Positions 52,068 through 62,368 of a stretch of 64,000 nucleotides of DNA are shown here, piece after piece. This stretch comes from an uncultured delta proteobacterium (GTDB lineage Bacteria > Myxococcota_A > Polyangia > Polyangiales > Polyangiaceae), in NCBI GenBank assembly GCA_963696385.1, contig CAVOKF010000001.1, positions 96,001 through 160,000 on the forward strand, given 5' to 3'. The notes under the pieces are model-generated. The model did not search any database and had not been told where the DNA came from. It saw only the letters and a list, made by a program, of their open reading frames with translations. The translations under genes and the position numbers were made by a program. The first letter of the stretch is position 1. Every line of letters begins with the position of its first letter.

Positions 52068-53419
52068 CTCGGGTCCTCGTCGTGGATGACGAGCTGGCCA
52101 TGGCGCAAGCCATGGCCGAGGAGCTCACGGCGCGGCGCTTGGAGGTCACGGTCCTAACAAGCGCCGACGCGGCCTTCTCGATGGTGACGGAAGGCGACTT
52201 CGACGTCGTGGTGACCGATCTGAACATGCGCGGCATGAACGGCATCGAGCTCTGCGATCGCGTCGTGACCAACCGATCGGACGTGCCGGTCATCGTGGTG
52301 ACGGCCTTCGGGAGCATGGATACGGCGGTCGCTACGCTGCGAGCCGGCGCGTTCGATTTTTTGACGAAGCCCTTCGGGATGGAGCAACTCGTCATCGCGG
52401 TGGAGCGCGCCGCGCAGCACCGATTCCTTCGCGAGGAGGTCAAGAGGCTGCGGGCAGCCGCTACGCCATCCGGGCCATTCGCGGAGTTCGTGGGGTCGAG
52501 CCCGGCGATGAAGACCGTATTGACCCTGCTCGATCGAATCGCCGAGACGGACACGACGGCTCTCGTCACGGGCGAGACGGGCACGGGAAAAGAACTGGCG
52601 GCTCGCGCCATCCACCGCCGTAGCCGTCGCTCGGACGCGCCGATGGTGACCGTCAATTGCGCGGCCGTACCCGCCACCCTGCTCGAAAGTGAGCTCTTCG
52701 GCCACGTGCGCGGCGCCTTCACCGACGCGCGCACCGACCGCAAGGGCCTCTTCGTCCAAGCGCACAAGGGGACGCTCTTTCTCGACGAGGTCGGCGAGAT
52801 GCCGCCGGAGATGCAGGTGAAGCTTCTCCGCGCCCTCGAGGCGCGGACGGTGCGGCCCGTCGGTGGCCAGCACGAGGTGGCCTTCGACGTGCGACTGATC
52901 ACCGCCACCCACCGCGATCTCGTGGCAAGCGTCGAAGAGGGGACCTTCCGGGAGGACCTGTACTACCGCATCAACGTCCTGGAGATCACGATGCCGCCGC
53001 TTCGCGCCCGAGGTACGGACGTGCTGCTGCTCGCGCGGTCGTTCCTCGAGGAGTTTGCGCGTCGGCACGCCAAACCCGTCCAGCGCATCTCGTCGCCTGT
53101 CGCGGAACGTCTGCTTTCGTATGCGTGGCCGGGAAACATCCGTGAGCTCCGCAACTGCATGGAGCGCGCCGTGGCGCTCGCGCGCTTCGAAGAGGTGATC
53201 GTCGAGGACTTGCCCGTCCAGGTGCGCGACTACCGACCGACCCATGTGTTGGTCGCCGCCAACGATCCTTCCGAGCTCGTACCGCTGGCCGAGGTGGAGC
53301 GGCGATACGTCGAACGGGTCATGGAGGCCGTAGGGGGCAACAAGCGGCAAGCCGCCCAGATCCTGGGGCTCGACCGGGCGACGCTCTATCGAAAGCTCGA
53401 ACGCTGGTCGCCGCGGTAG
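52064..53419 (+). CDS. Sigma54-dependent NtrC-family response regulator
   Basis: Receiver domain, GETGTGKE, ESELFGH, GAFTDA, FLDEVGE, WPGNIREL, Fis-type HTH; GTGA overlap with the kinase. Confidence 0.96.
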   Translation: MTRVLVVDDELAMAQAMAEELTARRLEVTVLTSADAAFSMVTEGDFDVVVTDLNMRGMNGIELCDRVVTNRSDVPVIVVTAFGSMDTAVATLRAGAFDFLTKPFGMEQLVIAVERAAQHRFLREEVKRLRAAATPSGPFAEFVGSSPAMKTVLTLLDRIAETDTTALVTGETGTGKELAARAIHRRSRRSDAPMVTVNCAAVPATLLESELFGHVRGAFTDARTDRKGLFVQAHKGTLFLDEVGEMPPEMQVKLLRALEARTVRPVGGQHEVAFDVRLITATHRDLVASVEEGTFREDLYYRINVLEITMPPLRARGTDVLLLARSFLEEFARRHAKPVQRISSPVAERLLSYAWPGNIRELRNCMERAVALARFEEVIVEDLPVQVRDYRPTHVLVAANDPSELVPLAEVERRYVERVMEAVGGNKRQAAQILGLDRATLYRKLERWSPR

Positions 53420-53420
53420 C

Positions 53421-53560
53421 AGTACGCTCTACCCCGAGCGACCGGCTGGCAACAAGTTCGCGATGGCGGCGCGTCGATCGTCCATGTCGAAGTACGCTCT
53501 ACCCCGAGCGATCGGGCGGCAACAGGTTCGTGATGGCGGCGCGTAGATCGTCCATGTCGA
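53421..53560. repeat. 70-bp tandem duplication of the 3' end of the receiver gene
   Basis: 53421-53490 versus 53491-53560, 64/70 identical. Confidence 0.95.
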
Positions 53561-54071
53561 ACGGCTTGTCGAAGAAAACGGCGAGCAGGTCCTCGGCGCG
53601 CTTTCGGGTCGCATTGTCGCCGAAGGCCGTCATCAGGATGACCGGCGTGTGCCGGTGCGCCTGGCGGAGCACCTCGAGGATCTGCAGCCCCGTGCAGACG
53701 GGCATGCGGATGTCGGAGACGATGAGGTCGACGGAGTCGTCGTCGGCCTCCATTTTCATGCGAGCGGCGATGGCGACGAGCAACCTGCCGCCGTCGGCCA
53801 CCTCGACCACCTCGTAACCGTCGTCGCGAAGGGCGTCGGCGACGACGCGGCGCATCTCGACGTCGTCCTCCGCGAGCAGAATGCGAAACGGGCGGGTGCG
53901 AAGCCCGGCAGGGTTCCCCGCATTCGAGGTCCGCGCAGCGTCCTTGGGCTCCGCGGCCGTGACTTCTGCCACAGCCGCGACGGAGCGTTCGTTCGGCGAC
54001 GTCTCCGCCTTGCCCTCGTCCGGCCGGATCCCATGCGAATCCGGCGGTCCTCTGGGGGTATTGTTGGCCAT
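53499..54071 (-). CDS. Single-domain response regulator with disordered N-terminal extension
   Basis: ILLAEDD, LIVSDIRMP, VILMTAFG, DKPFDMDDL. Confidence 0.9.
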   Translation of the reverse strand: MANNTPRGPPDSHGIRPDEGKAETSPNERSVAAVAEVTAAEPKDAARTSNAGNPAGLRTRPFRILLAEDDVEMRRVVADALRDDGYEVVEVADGGRLLVAIAARMKMEADDDSVDLIVSDIRMPVCTGLQILEVLRQAHRHTPVILMTAFGDNATRKRAEDLLAVFFDKPFDMDDLRAAITNLLPPDRSG

Positions 54072-54086
54072 GATGCCGATGCTTGT

Positions 54087-54195
54087 TGCACCCGGTGTGC
54101 CGTCGAAGCGCGCTCGCGCCGCGAGAGCGCACCACGGAAGGGGCCGGTGTGCCGTTCCATCGCCGTCGCATTCTGCAACACGGCGCATCTTGCAC
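54087..54195 (-). promoter_or_regulatory. Possible sigma54 promoter with two upstream TGCA-N3-TGC palindromic sites
   Basis: CGGCACACCGGGTGCA (54102-54087, minus strand); TCGCA-TTC-TGCAA at 54166-54178 and GCGCA-TCT-TGCAC at 54183-54195. Confidence 0.4.
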
Positions 54196-54457
54196 CCACC
54201 AAACCCTGCCGGCTGGCCTGGGCACCCCGGGACGGCGCCTCGACCCACGCCAACGCGTTTTTGAATCAAACGCTCGACATCCCGAGGTGGATTGGCCCGC
54301 CGTTTGCTTTTTTTGCCTAACTAACTAAGGACTGGCCATGCAATCCGAGGAGGTCGGCGGCTGCACGCCAGGGCCCATGAGCCATTGACGCCGGGACCGG
54401 ACCCCTCGAGCAACGACGCGGTTCGCACCCGGCGCAAGTCCACAAGGAGAACCCTGC

Positions 54458-54979
54458 ATGAGAATCTCAGTTACCCTCGGTGTTTGCTCCACACTCGTCC
54501 TGGCGGCGGCGGCCTGCGGCGGCTCGCAACCTCCCGCCGCTACGCCCTCCTCGGGGGTCAGTGCGTCCTCACCGCCGGAGACCTCCGCGCAGGCGGCCAC
54601 TTCCGGGAACGTCCAGATCTCGGTGGACATTCTGAAGGCTTGCGGTCTGACCGATAACGACGCGTACTTCCCATTCGATTCAGCACGACTGGAAAAACAA
54701 GATATCGGGCCGCTCAACACGATCGCGGTCTGCTTCTCGACGGGTGCCCTCAAGGGGCGATCGATGAAGCTCGTGGGTCATGCCGATCCGCGCGGCTCGG
54801 CCGGATACAACATGACCCTGGGGCAAGCCCGGGCCGACGGAGTGGAGGGCTACCTCGAAAAGAGAGGGCTCGCAAAGGCCAAGGTGGAGACCACGTCGCG
54901 GGGTGCGGTCGACGCTACCGGCACCGATGAAGCCGGCTGGGCACACGACCGCCGCGTCGACGTGCTGCTGGGGATTTGA
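54458..54979 (+). CDS. OmpA/Pal-like peptidoglycan-binding lipoprotein
   Basis: AAGGAG RBS; AAA-C; FPFDSA, LVGHADPRG, YNMTLGQARA, SRG, DRRVDV. Confidence 0.92.
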   Translation: MRISVTLGVCSTLVLAAAACGGSQPPAATPSSGVSASSPPETSAQAATSGNVQISVDILKACGLTDNDAYFPFDSARLEKQDIGPLNTIAVCFSTGALKGRSMKLVGHADPRGSAGYNMTLGQARADGVEGYLEKRGLAKAKVETTSRGAVDATGTDEAGWAHDRRVDVLLGI

Positions 54980-55082
54980 AGCCGCACGGTCGACGGCCGG
55001 CGCGGGGGGCGCCCGGCGCCATGGGGGATCGCGGCGTGGGAGGCGGGCGTCCGGCTTCGTCCGAGATTAGGGGCCGAGTGGG

Positions 55083-55976
55083 TTACGGGGTGGTTGGGGG
55101 CGACCCTAAGGTTGGATGGACGCTTTGCATGTACTCGTCGATGACCTTGCGCACGCTCTCATCCTTCGGGACGATCGAGATCTCGATACGGCGGTTGCGT
55201 TGATAGGCCGCTTCGGTATCGGCCGTGTCGATCGGGCGGAACTTCGAATACGCGGCCGCGGCGAAGTAGCCTCCATAGGTGTCGGCGAGGGTCGGGTTCG
55301 TCTCGAAGAGGTAGTCGAGGACGGCGGTCGCGCGTTTCGCCGATAGGTCCCAATTGTACGAGACGGACCCTCGGGTGTCGGTGTGCCCCTGAATGAGGAT
55401 GGTATCGATGTTGTCTCGAACACTGTCGTCCGCTAACGCATGACCGAGAGCCCGGCCCAGAGTGTCGAGGACGGGCTTGGCCTTCTCTTTGATCGTGAAG
55501 GACCCGTATTCGAACACGAGGTTCTCGTTGATCACGATGTTGCCGTTGTCGCCAATGGTCACGAGTGAGGCACCCGCGTCGTTGGTGGCTCCAAGCTCCG
55601 CTTCGATCGCTTGCTTCAGTTTGCTCAAAACGGTCACTCGCAATACGGCGATACTCTGCAATTGGGAACGCAGGCCGCCGAGCTGCCGGTTGCTTTCCGC
55701 GATGACGGCTTGTTGCTCGCGGAGTTGGCCGCGCGAAGCCGAAAGATCGCGCCGACCGCTCTCGATATCCGCCCGGAGCGCCCGCAACTGTTGCTCGGAC
55801 TGGGTCACTTGCCGCTGAAAGGCATCGAGACGCTTGCTGCTGACGAGATTTCGCACGTACGCGAGCAGAACGAGGACAAACAGAATCAGCGCCATCGTCG
55901 ACATGACGTCGGTGAACGCCGGCCAGATCTCGGGGAACCCTTCGGCGTTCGACAGCAGCGGTCGACGGTTGCGCAT
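55083..55976 (-). CDS. MotB/OmpA-family protein
   Basis: WPAFTDVMST TM with conserved Asp, coiled coil, IQGHTD, NWDLSAKRA, NRRIEI. Confidence 0.9.
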   Translation of the reverse strand: MRNRRPLLSNAEGFPEIWPAFTDVMSTMALILFVLVLLAYVRNLVSSKRLDAFQRQVTQSEQQLRALRADIESGRRDLSASRGQLREQQAVIAESNRQLGGLRSQLQSIAVLRVTVLSKLKQAIEAELGATNDAGASLVTIGDNGNIVINENLVFEYGSFTIKEKAKPVLDTLGRALGHALADDSVRDNIDTILIQGHTDTRGSVSYNWDLSAKRATAVLDYLFETNPTLADTYGGYFAAAAYSKFRPIDTADTEAAYQRNRRIEISIVPKDESVRKVIDEYMQSVHPTLGSPPTTP

Positions 55977-55982
55977 GCGCGC

Positions 55983-56774
55983 CTACCGCCCGTCGCGCGG
56001 CTTGGACGCCACGACCTGTACGTGGAATTCCCGCGTGTTCGCCGAGAACGCCCGCAGCGCAGACTCGAAGCAGCCGACCGCGGCTTCGAGCCGAGCGACC
56101 GACTCGCCGAACCCCAACAGCCGTCGTTCGAGGCCCGCACCGGCATCCGCGCTGCGAGCCGGCTCGAGTCGGTCCAAGTACGATTCCATCTGAATCATCA
56201 AGGCCATTCGCCGATCGGTGGGATTGAAGAGCACCGAGAGCACGGTCAGCACGACCGCGGATCCGACGCCGAGAAGGGAGTTCGAGAAAGCCACCGCCAT
56301 TCCGGTCAGCGCCTGGGAAAGTCCGCTCGTGAGGGCTTGGGAAACGTCGGCGACGGCGCCGGCGTCGGTGGACACGAGATGGACGAGCCTGCCGACGGAC
56401 AGGGTAAGGCCGTAAAAGGTGCCGAGAAGGCCCAAAATGATGACCAGGCCCGTGTCCGATTTCACGAAACGTTCCGCGAAGAGCAGCGGCCCCAGTTCGG
56501 ACTGGAAGTTGTCTTCAATGATGGCTTGCGTGCTTCGGTCGGGCGATCGCCGCGAGGCGTCCTCGGCATCCCGACGAATGCGGTTAAGGATCCGATGGGA
56601 GAAGGGCTGATGGTCCGGTCCGTGTTCCCGCAAGTCTCTTTCGAGGCTTGCGTATCGAGCACGAAGGAAGAAGGTCGCACCCACGCCCAGCGAGAGGCAG
56701 CCGAGCGTCGCCGCCAGGATCAGGCGGCCGGTCGTATCGACGAGTGACAGGCCATCCAAAATCGGGTTGGGCAT
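55983..56774 (-). CDS. MotA/TolQ/ExbB-family proton channel subunit
   Basis: 3 TM; LGLLGTFYGL, GMAVAFSNSLLG; GGAG RBS; directly upstream of the MotB-like gene. Confidence 0.85.
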   Translation of the reverse strand: MPNPILDGLSLVDTTGRLILAATLGCLSLGVGATFFLRARYASLERDLREHGPDHQPFSHRILNRIRRDAEDASRRSPDRSTQAIIEDNFQSELGPLLFAERFVKSDTGLVIILGLLGTFYGLTLSVGRLVHLVSTDAGAVADVSQALTSGLSQALTGMAVAFSNSLLGVGSAVVLTVLSVLFNPTDRRMALMIQMESYLDRLEPARSADAGAGLERRLLGFGESVARLEAAVGCFESALRAFSANTREFHVQVVASKPRDGR

Positions 56775-57008
56775 AGCTCTCCGTACCCCCGTCGTGCGCC
56801 CGAAGAGCAAAGCAGGCCACGCGGCCCTCTATTCCAGCAGCCCAGCCCCCTTTCGCCCAAGTTCTCGCATTTCAGTCGCTTCTCGCTTTTCGTTCGCTGG
56901 TCTCGCGCCCGCCCCGTTCTGATCGGGTGCGACCGGGCGGCTCGCTCGTTACGCACGGTCGCCCAGGGTGTAGTCGAAAGCGTCGCGCGCGCGGGCGGTT
57001 TGCTGCGG

Positions 57009-57686
57009 CTAATCGACCCGGAGGACATAGCCGACGCCCCGCAACGTGTGGATGAGCTTCGGAGAAAAATCGCGATCGATCTTGCCCCTCAGACGGCTCA
57101 CGAGCACGTCCACGACGTTGGTCTGGGGATCGAAGTGGTAGTCCCACACGTGTTGCAGGATCATCGTCTTGGAGACGACGCGCCCAACATTGCGCATCAA
57201 GTATTCGAGTAAAATAAATTCTTTGGTTTGCAACTCGATGGCTCGATCCCCGCGGTGAACTCGGCGGGAGACGAGATCGAGCGTGAGATCCGCGACGACC
57301 ATGCGCAACGGGACCTCGGCGCGCGGTGACGCGCGACGCATCAACGCCCCCACCCGGGCCAGCAATTCGGCGAAGGAGAATGGCTTGGTGAGGTAGTCGT
57401 CGGCGCCTGCGTCGAGACCGCGAACGCGGTCATCGACGGCCGCGCGCGCGCTGAGAATGATGATCGGAACGGCGATCTTGGCTTCCCGCAGCGCTCGAAT
57501 CACCGAGAGGCCGTCACGCCCCGGCAGCATGAGGTCCACGATGGCAAGGTCGACCCCAGGCCGACGGGCGAGTTGCAAGCCCTCGTCACCGTTGCGAGAC
57601 CAGGATACGACGTGGGCTTCTTGCTCCAAGCCTTGGCACACGAAGGCGCCGATTCTCTCGTCGTCTTCGATGAGCACCACGTGCAT
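57009..57686 (-). CDS. OmpR/PhoB-family response regulator (CusR-like)
   Basis: IEDD, DLMLPGRDG, GADDYLTKPFSF, VWDYHFDPQTNVVDV, IHTLRGVGY. Confidence 0.95.
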   Translation of the reverse strand: MHVVLIEDDERIGAFVCQGLEQEAHVVSWSRNGDEGLQLARRPGVDLAIVDLMLPGRDGLSVIRALREAKIAVPIIILSARAAVDDRVRGLDAGADDYLTKPFSFAELLARVGALMRRASPRAEVPLRMVVADLTLDLVSRRVHRGDRAIELQTKEFILLEYLMRNVGRVVSKTMILQHVWDYHFDPQTNVVDVLVSRLRGKIDRDFSPKLIHTLRGVGYVLRVD

Positions 57687-57986
57687 GGACGCCGCCGAGG
57701 CTTAGCACGAGCCTGGTGCCTTTCCGCGCGGCCTCATGCGTATGAATGGTGCCCGGCACCGCCCGCGCGCTTCTTACGTCGGGCGCCCCAGGCAACAGCC
57801 TGATCCAGATCGTCGTAACCGAAGTGCTTCAGCTGTGCTTTCACGAAGCGCTCCGCAAGCTTGAGGACTGGCCGGTGCCACATGACGGTCTCCCGGCAAC
57901 CCTACCGATCTGTCATGTTCACGAAAGGCCGCGGCATGGATCGCGACTCAGTATGGGCTTGGCCTCTCGATGACGGGGGACACGAG

Positions 57987-58457
57987 ATGGCCTGGAGGTA
58001 CCGCGCCATGAGCCCAGAGTTGACGAAAATGCAGCGTGCCAAGATGGACGAAGAGAGCGCGGCACGTCGCGCCGCCCCCGCGCACCCACCGATGCGCGAC
58101 CCGGAGCTTAGACCGGATCGCCCGCCCGCCCCGATAGAGACGGGCAACGACGCCAAGCCCAGGCGCGCGCGCGGTTTCGCCGCGATGGACCCCAGTCTCG
58201 CCAAGGAAATCGCGCGAAAGGGCGGCATGGCCGCGCATTCGGCGGGCAAGGCGCACGAGTTCACCCCCGAGGAGGCGCGCATCGCAGGACGCAAGGGCGG
58301 GCTTGCAGCGCAAAAAAAGCGGCTACTTCAGGTGCACGAAGATCGGCAGCGTGACCCTCATCCGTCCCGCATGACTGTCGTCGATCCCGAGAACGACGTC
58401 CACGGCCTTCAAACTCTTCCGAAGAGCCCCGCCACCGGAGGGACTCAGGGGAAGTAG
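57987..58457 (+). CDS. KGG-repeat stress-induced protein
   Basis: RGFAAMDP...EIARKGG...AHEFTPEEARIAGRKGG; start uncertain. Confidence 0.82.
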   Translation: MAWRYRAMSPELTKMQRAKMDEESAARRAAPAHPPMRDPELRPDRPPAPIETGNDAKPRRARGFAAMDPSLAKEIARKGGMAAHSAGKAHEFTPEEARIAGRKGGLAAQKKRLLQVHEDRQRDPHPSRMTVVDPENDVHGLQTLPKSPATGGTQGK

Positions 58458-58586
58458 CGAACGGGCCCTCCATCCCTTCACGCTTGTCTCTCGCCGCAAG
58501 GCTCCCTGAGGTGGCTTGCCGAGGCAGCTGACTCCCGAAAGGCGTGCCATTTCGCCACGCTCGCCGGCTGATCGTCGCGCCGGGGA

Positions 58587-58602
58587 GGGCACGACCATTG
58601 CA
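58587..58602 (+). promoter_or_regulatory. Putative sigma54 promoter
   Basis: GGGCACGACCATTGCA upstream of the BON-domain gene. Confidence 0.6.
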
Positions 58603-58728
58603 AGGTCTATCCAGAGGTCGTCGTGCAACGGTAGCGGCGACGGAAAAGCGATCATGCACGCCTTTCGCCTGGGCCAGCCATTCGACATCGATGACCCGCT
58701 TCTATGCGACGAGCGGACAGCGGGCTGC

Positions 58729-60288
58729 ATGCCCAATCGCTCCACACTCCTGACGCGTTTTTGGTGCTTTCTACTGCTGCTGGGGGGCGGGGGCACGCTT
58801 CTCGGGGTGCTGCCCGCCTGCGGCCGCGCGGAGCCCTCCGGCGGACCGGCGAGGTCTTCGGCCGTCGCGAGCGGCGCGTCCGCCGAGCCTTCGCTGTCGA
58901 GCGTTCTGGCCGCGCCGCTGCCCGACACGAGGCTCTCGAACGCGATCCGACAAGCCATCCAGCGCGACCCCGAATTGGGCTCGCAGGAGATCCGCGCGTC
59001 GGTCGCGAACGGCGACGTCACCCTGGGCGGCACGGTCCCGACGTTGTCGGCGAAGAACCGGGCGGCACAGCTCGTGAGCCGCTTCAAGGGAGTCTCCGCG
59101 CTCACCAACGGCCTCGTCGTCACCGCGCCGGCGAGGTCCGACGCGGAAATCAAAAAGGCCGTCAGCACCGCGATCCAGCGCGACGCGGCAACGCGCACCG
59201 CGAAGGTGCAGGTGACGTCGGAGGCCGGGGCGGTCAGCCTTCGCGGCTCGGCGGATTCGCCCACGCAGCGCGATCTTTTGGCGGAGGTTGCGTCGCGCGT
59301 GTCCGGCGTCGGTCAGGTGAACCTCGCCGTCGACCTGTCCCAGGGCTCGCCTCGCGGCGACGCGGAGATGGCGGCGGAGGTCCGAGACCGAATTCACGAC
59401 GACGCGCGGCTCGACGGGACGCGCATCGCGGTCGAGGTGAAGGGCCAAAGCGTGGCCGTTTCGGGAGTCGTGGGCAGCTTGGCGCAACGAGACGCGGCGG
59501 TGGAGGATGCCTGGGCCGCTCGGGTGGCGAACGTGGATTCGCAGGCGCTGCGCGTCGACTGGCGCGACAACGAGCGCGGCCGCACCGAGCCGCGAGGGCC
59601 TCCGGCCGACGGGCACATCGCGGACGCCGTGCGTCGCGCGCTCTCGAGCGACGCACGCGTGGGCATCCAACAGCCCACCGTCGTCGTCGACCGGGGCGTC
59701 GTTACGCTCTCGGGCACCGTGATGGACTTCCGAGCCGTGAAGGCGGCCGATCGCGACACGCGCCAAATCTTCGGGGTGGGCGGGGTCGACAACCGGTTGA
59801 CCGTCGGGCCGGCCATGCGCGAGAGCGACGCGACGATTGAGCAGCAGGTGGAGGGGAGCGTGTACCACGACATCGCAAACCCTGACGCGCGCAACGTCGA
59901 GGTCATGACCACGAACGCGAAAGTGACCCTGCGCGGACCCGTCGCGTCGCCCATGGAGAAGACGACGATCGAAGGCGACGTGGAGGAGGTGCCGGGGGTC
60001 GTGGCGGTGCAGGATGACCTGCAGGTTGCAGGCTACGGTCCCCAGACCCACATCGTCGCCGCGAAATCGATTCAGGATCGCGTGACGGAGGCCATCTTCT
60101 GGGACCCGCGCATCGAACCCAGCAAGATCACCGTCGACGTCGCTTCCAACGGGGATGCCACTCTGACGGGCGTCGTCGGCTCATGGGGCGAGGCCCAAGC
60201 GGCTCGCGATGACGCCATCGACGCGGGGGCAGCGCACGTGATCAACCGCATCCGAGCCCCGGGGAGCCCGCAGTCGCAGCGTCTCTGA
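58729..60288 (+). CDS. Lipoprotein with six BON domains
   Basis: LPA-C; six D..I...V/G.VTL.G.V/V.GV..V.N.L.V units. Confidence 0.9.
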   Translation: MPNRSTLLTRFWCFLLLLGGGGTLLGVLPACGRAEPSGGPARSSAVASGASAEPSLSSVLAAPLPDTRLSNAIRQAIQRDPELGSQEIRASVANGDVTLGGTVPTLSAKNRAAQLVSRFKGVSALTNGLVVTAPARSDAEIKKAVSTAIQRDAATRTAKVQVTSEAGAVSLRGSADSPTQRDLLAEVASRVSGVGQVNLAVDLSQGSPRGDAEMAAEVRDRIHDDARLDGTRIAVEVKGQSVAVSGVVGSLAQRDAAVEDAWAARVANVDSQALRVDWRDNERGRTEPRGPPADGHIADAVRRALSSDARVGIQQPTVVVDRGVVTLSGTVMDFRAVKAADRDTRQIFGVGGVDNRLTVGPAMRESDATIEQQVEGSVYHDIANPDARNVEVMTTNAKVTLRGPVASPMEKTTIEGDVEEVPGVVAVQDDLQVAGYGPQTHIVAAKSIQDRVTEAIFWDPRIEPSKITVDVASNGDATLTGVVGSWGEAQAARDDAIDAGAAHVINRIRAPGSPQSQRL

Positions 60289-60398
60289 TCGCTCCAAGCA
60301 TCTCCAACTTGTCATGTTCGCGCAAGGTCACGGCAAAGGCGCGGTCGCATGCTCCGGTCAGGCTCGAAGGTCGAGCCGCATTGGATCGGAGCGAAGCC

Positions 60399-61457
60399 AT
60401 GACGAACGCGCACGCAAACGACACGCAACGAGCGAACGGCCTGCCGGCCCCTTTGCGACCCCTGGTGGCGCCCGAAATACGCGAGCTCGAAGAGCGGATT
60501 GCTGAGGCGTCCTGCTGGGTCGCGCCGCTGAAGCGCGAGATCGGCACGGTGATCGTCGGACAGCATGCGCTGGTGGATCGTCTGATCGTCGGCCTGCTCG
60601 CCAACGGGCACCTGCTTCTCGAGGGGGTCCCGGGGCTCGCCAAGACGCTCGCGCTCAAGACGCTCGCCGGAAGCATTCACGGGGCTCGCTTCGGTCGGAT
60701 TCAATTCACGCCCGATATGCTCCCGTCGGACATCGTCGGGACCACGATCTACCGCGCGCAGACCGGTACCTTCGAAGCCAAGTGCGGACCGGTCTTCGCC
60801 AACTTCGTTTTGGCCGACGAAATCAACCGCGCGCCCGCAAAAGTGCAGAGCGCCCTGCTCGAAGCCATGCAGGAGGGCCAGGTGACGCTCGGCGACGAGA
60901 CGTTCGCCTTGCCCGAGCCGTTTCTCGTCCTTGCGACGCAGAACCCGCTCGAGCAAGAGGGGACCTATCCGCTGCCCGAAGCGCAACTCGATCGGTTCCT
61001 GATGAAAGTTCGCGTGCGCTACCCCGACATGTTCGAGGAGCGCGCGATCCTCGATTCGATGGCGGTCACCGACCCGCGCACGGCCGTTACCCCCGTGGTG
61101 TCGATCGATACGGTGGTGAACGCGCGTCGTGTCGTCGATCGGGTGTACGTCGACGACGCGGTCCGCGATTACATCGTGCGCATCATCTCGGCCACCAGAG
61201 AGCCGGGCCGCTACAAGGTTCCGATCGAAGGGCTGCTGCGCGCCGGCGCCTCCCCGCGCGGCACGATCGGTCTGACGCTGGCGGCGCGCGCCACGGCGTT
61301 TCTCCAGGGCCGAGGCTACGTCGTGCCGCAGGACGTCAAGTCCGTCGCGGCCGACGTCCTTCGTCATCGCCTCGCGTTGAGCTTCGAGGCGGAAGCGACG
61401 GGGGTCGATGGCGACGAGATCGTCCAGCGGGTTCTGCAAACGGTGGCGTCGCCATGA
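60399..61457 (+). CDS. MoxR-family AAA+ ATPase
   Basis: LLEGVPGLAKT, RIQFTPD, LADEINRAPAKVQSALLEAM, ATQNPLEQEGTYPLPEAQLDRF, GASPRG. Confidence 0.96.
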   Translation: MTNAHANDTQRANGLPAPLRPLVAPEIRELEERIAEASCWVAPLKREIGTVIVGQHALVDRLIVGLLANGHLLLEGVPGLAKTLALKTLAGSIHGARFGRIQFTPDMLPSDIVGTTIYRAQTGTFEAKCGPVFANFVLADEINRAPAKVQSALLEAMQEGQVTLGDETFALPEPFLVLATQNPLEQEGTYPLPEAQLDRFLMKVRVRYPDMFEERAILDSMAVTDPRTAVTPVVSIDTVVNARRVVDRVYVDDAVRDYIVRIISATREPGRYKVPIEGLLRAGASPRGTIGLTLAARATAFLQGRGYVVPQDVKSVAADVLRHRLALSFEAEATGVDGDEIVQRVLQTVASP

Positions 61458-62368
61458 AGCAAACCCACGCGGACGGCGCGACCCAGCGCATGGCAGACCG
61501 GGTCCGGCGAATCGAAATCAGCACGCGTCGGCTCAGCTCCGAAGCCTTCCATGGGGGCGTCCAGTCGCGCTTCCGAGGTCGCGGAATGGACTTCGACGAG
61601 GTCCGCGAGTACGAGCCCGGCGACGACGTCCGCGCCATCGACTGGAGCGCGACGGCACGCACCGGGCACACGTTCGTCAAGAAGTACCGCGAAGAGCGGC
61701 AGCTGACGGTGGTCTTCGTGGTCGACGCGAGTGCGTCGGGCACGGTCGGGTCGGCAGAGTCGACGAAGCGCGAACAGGCCGTCGAGATCGCCGGCGTTCT
61801 CGCGCTTTCGGCCGTCCGCAGCGACCACCGGGTGGGTGTGGCGTTGTTCACCGATGCCGTCGAGCTCTTCGTGCCGCCCGCACGAGGGCGGGCACACACG
61901 TTTCGCCTGGTCCAGGATCTCGTCGACTTCGAGCCTCGGGGACGAGGAACGAACCTCGCCGTCGCGTTGCGGCTGGTGCGGGAGCGTCTGCGCCGCCGCG
62001 CGGTCGTCGTGATTCTGTCGGATTTTCTCCTCGGGCAGGCGGGGTTGGATCAAGCGCGACCGGAGTTACGGGCTCTTGCGCAGCGACACGACGTGGTCGC
62101 GATCCGGATTGGCGACAAGCTCGATCGGCAGCTGCTCGCCTCGGCCGGGCTGCTGACGCTCGAGGATGCGGAGACCGGCGAGATCGTCGAGGTGGACACG
62201 GCGAAGGCCTCGCATCGAGCGCGCGTCGAGGCCATCGCCAAAGAGTCCGACGAGCGCATTCGCTCCCTGCTTCGCGGCGCGCACGTCGACCTGCTGGAAG
62301 TCGACACGGTGCGCCCGTATCTCGGCCCGCTCATCGGGTTCTTCCGAGCCCGCGGAGGACGAACGTGA
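61454..62368 (+). CDS. DUF58 protein
   Basis: FRGRGMDFDEVREYEPGDDVRAIDW, VDASAS, ILSDF; ATGA coupling. Confidence 0.93.
   Translation: MKQTHADGATQRMADRVRRIEISTRRLSSEAFHGGVQSRFRGRGMDFDEVREYEPGDDVRAIDWSATARTGHTFVKKYREERQLTVVFVVDASASGTVGSAESTKREQAVEIAGVLALSAVRSDHRVGVALFTDAVELFVPPARGRAHTFRLVQDLVDFEPRGRGTNLAVALRLVRERLRRRAVVVILSDFLLGQAGLDQARPELRALAQRHDVVAIRIGDKLDRQLLASAGLLTLEDAETGEIVEVDTAKASHRARVEAIAKESDERIRSLLRGAHVDLLEVDTVRPYLGPLIGFFRARGGRT

Noticed and set aside
52064..53419. GAFTDA instead of GAFTGA as a sign of sigma54 independence
   Set aside because: The key Phe and Thr are retained; the variant alone is not evidence of lost function.
55083..56774. Complete Zorya anti-phage system
   Set aside because: No zorC/D/E neighbours, and the MotA-like protein lacks the long ZorA tail.
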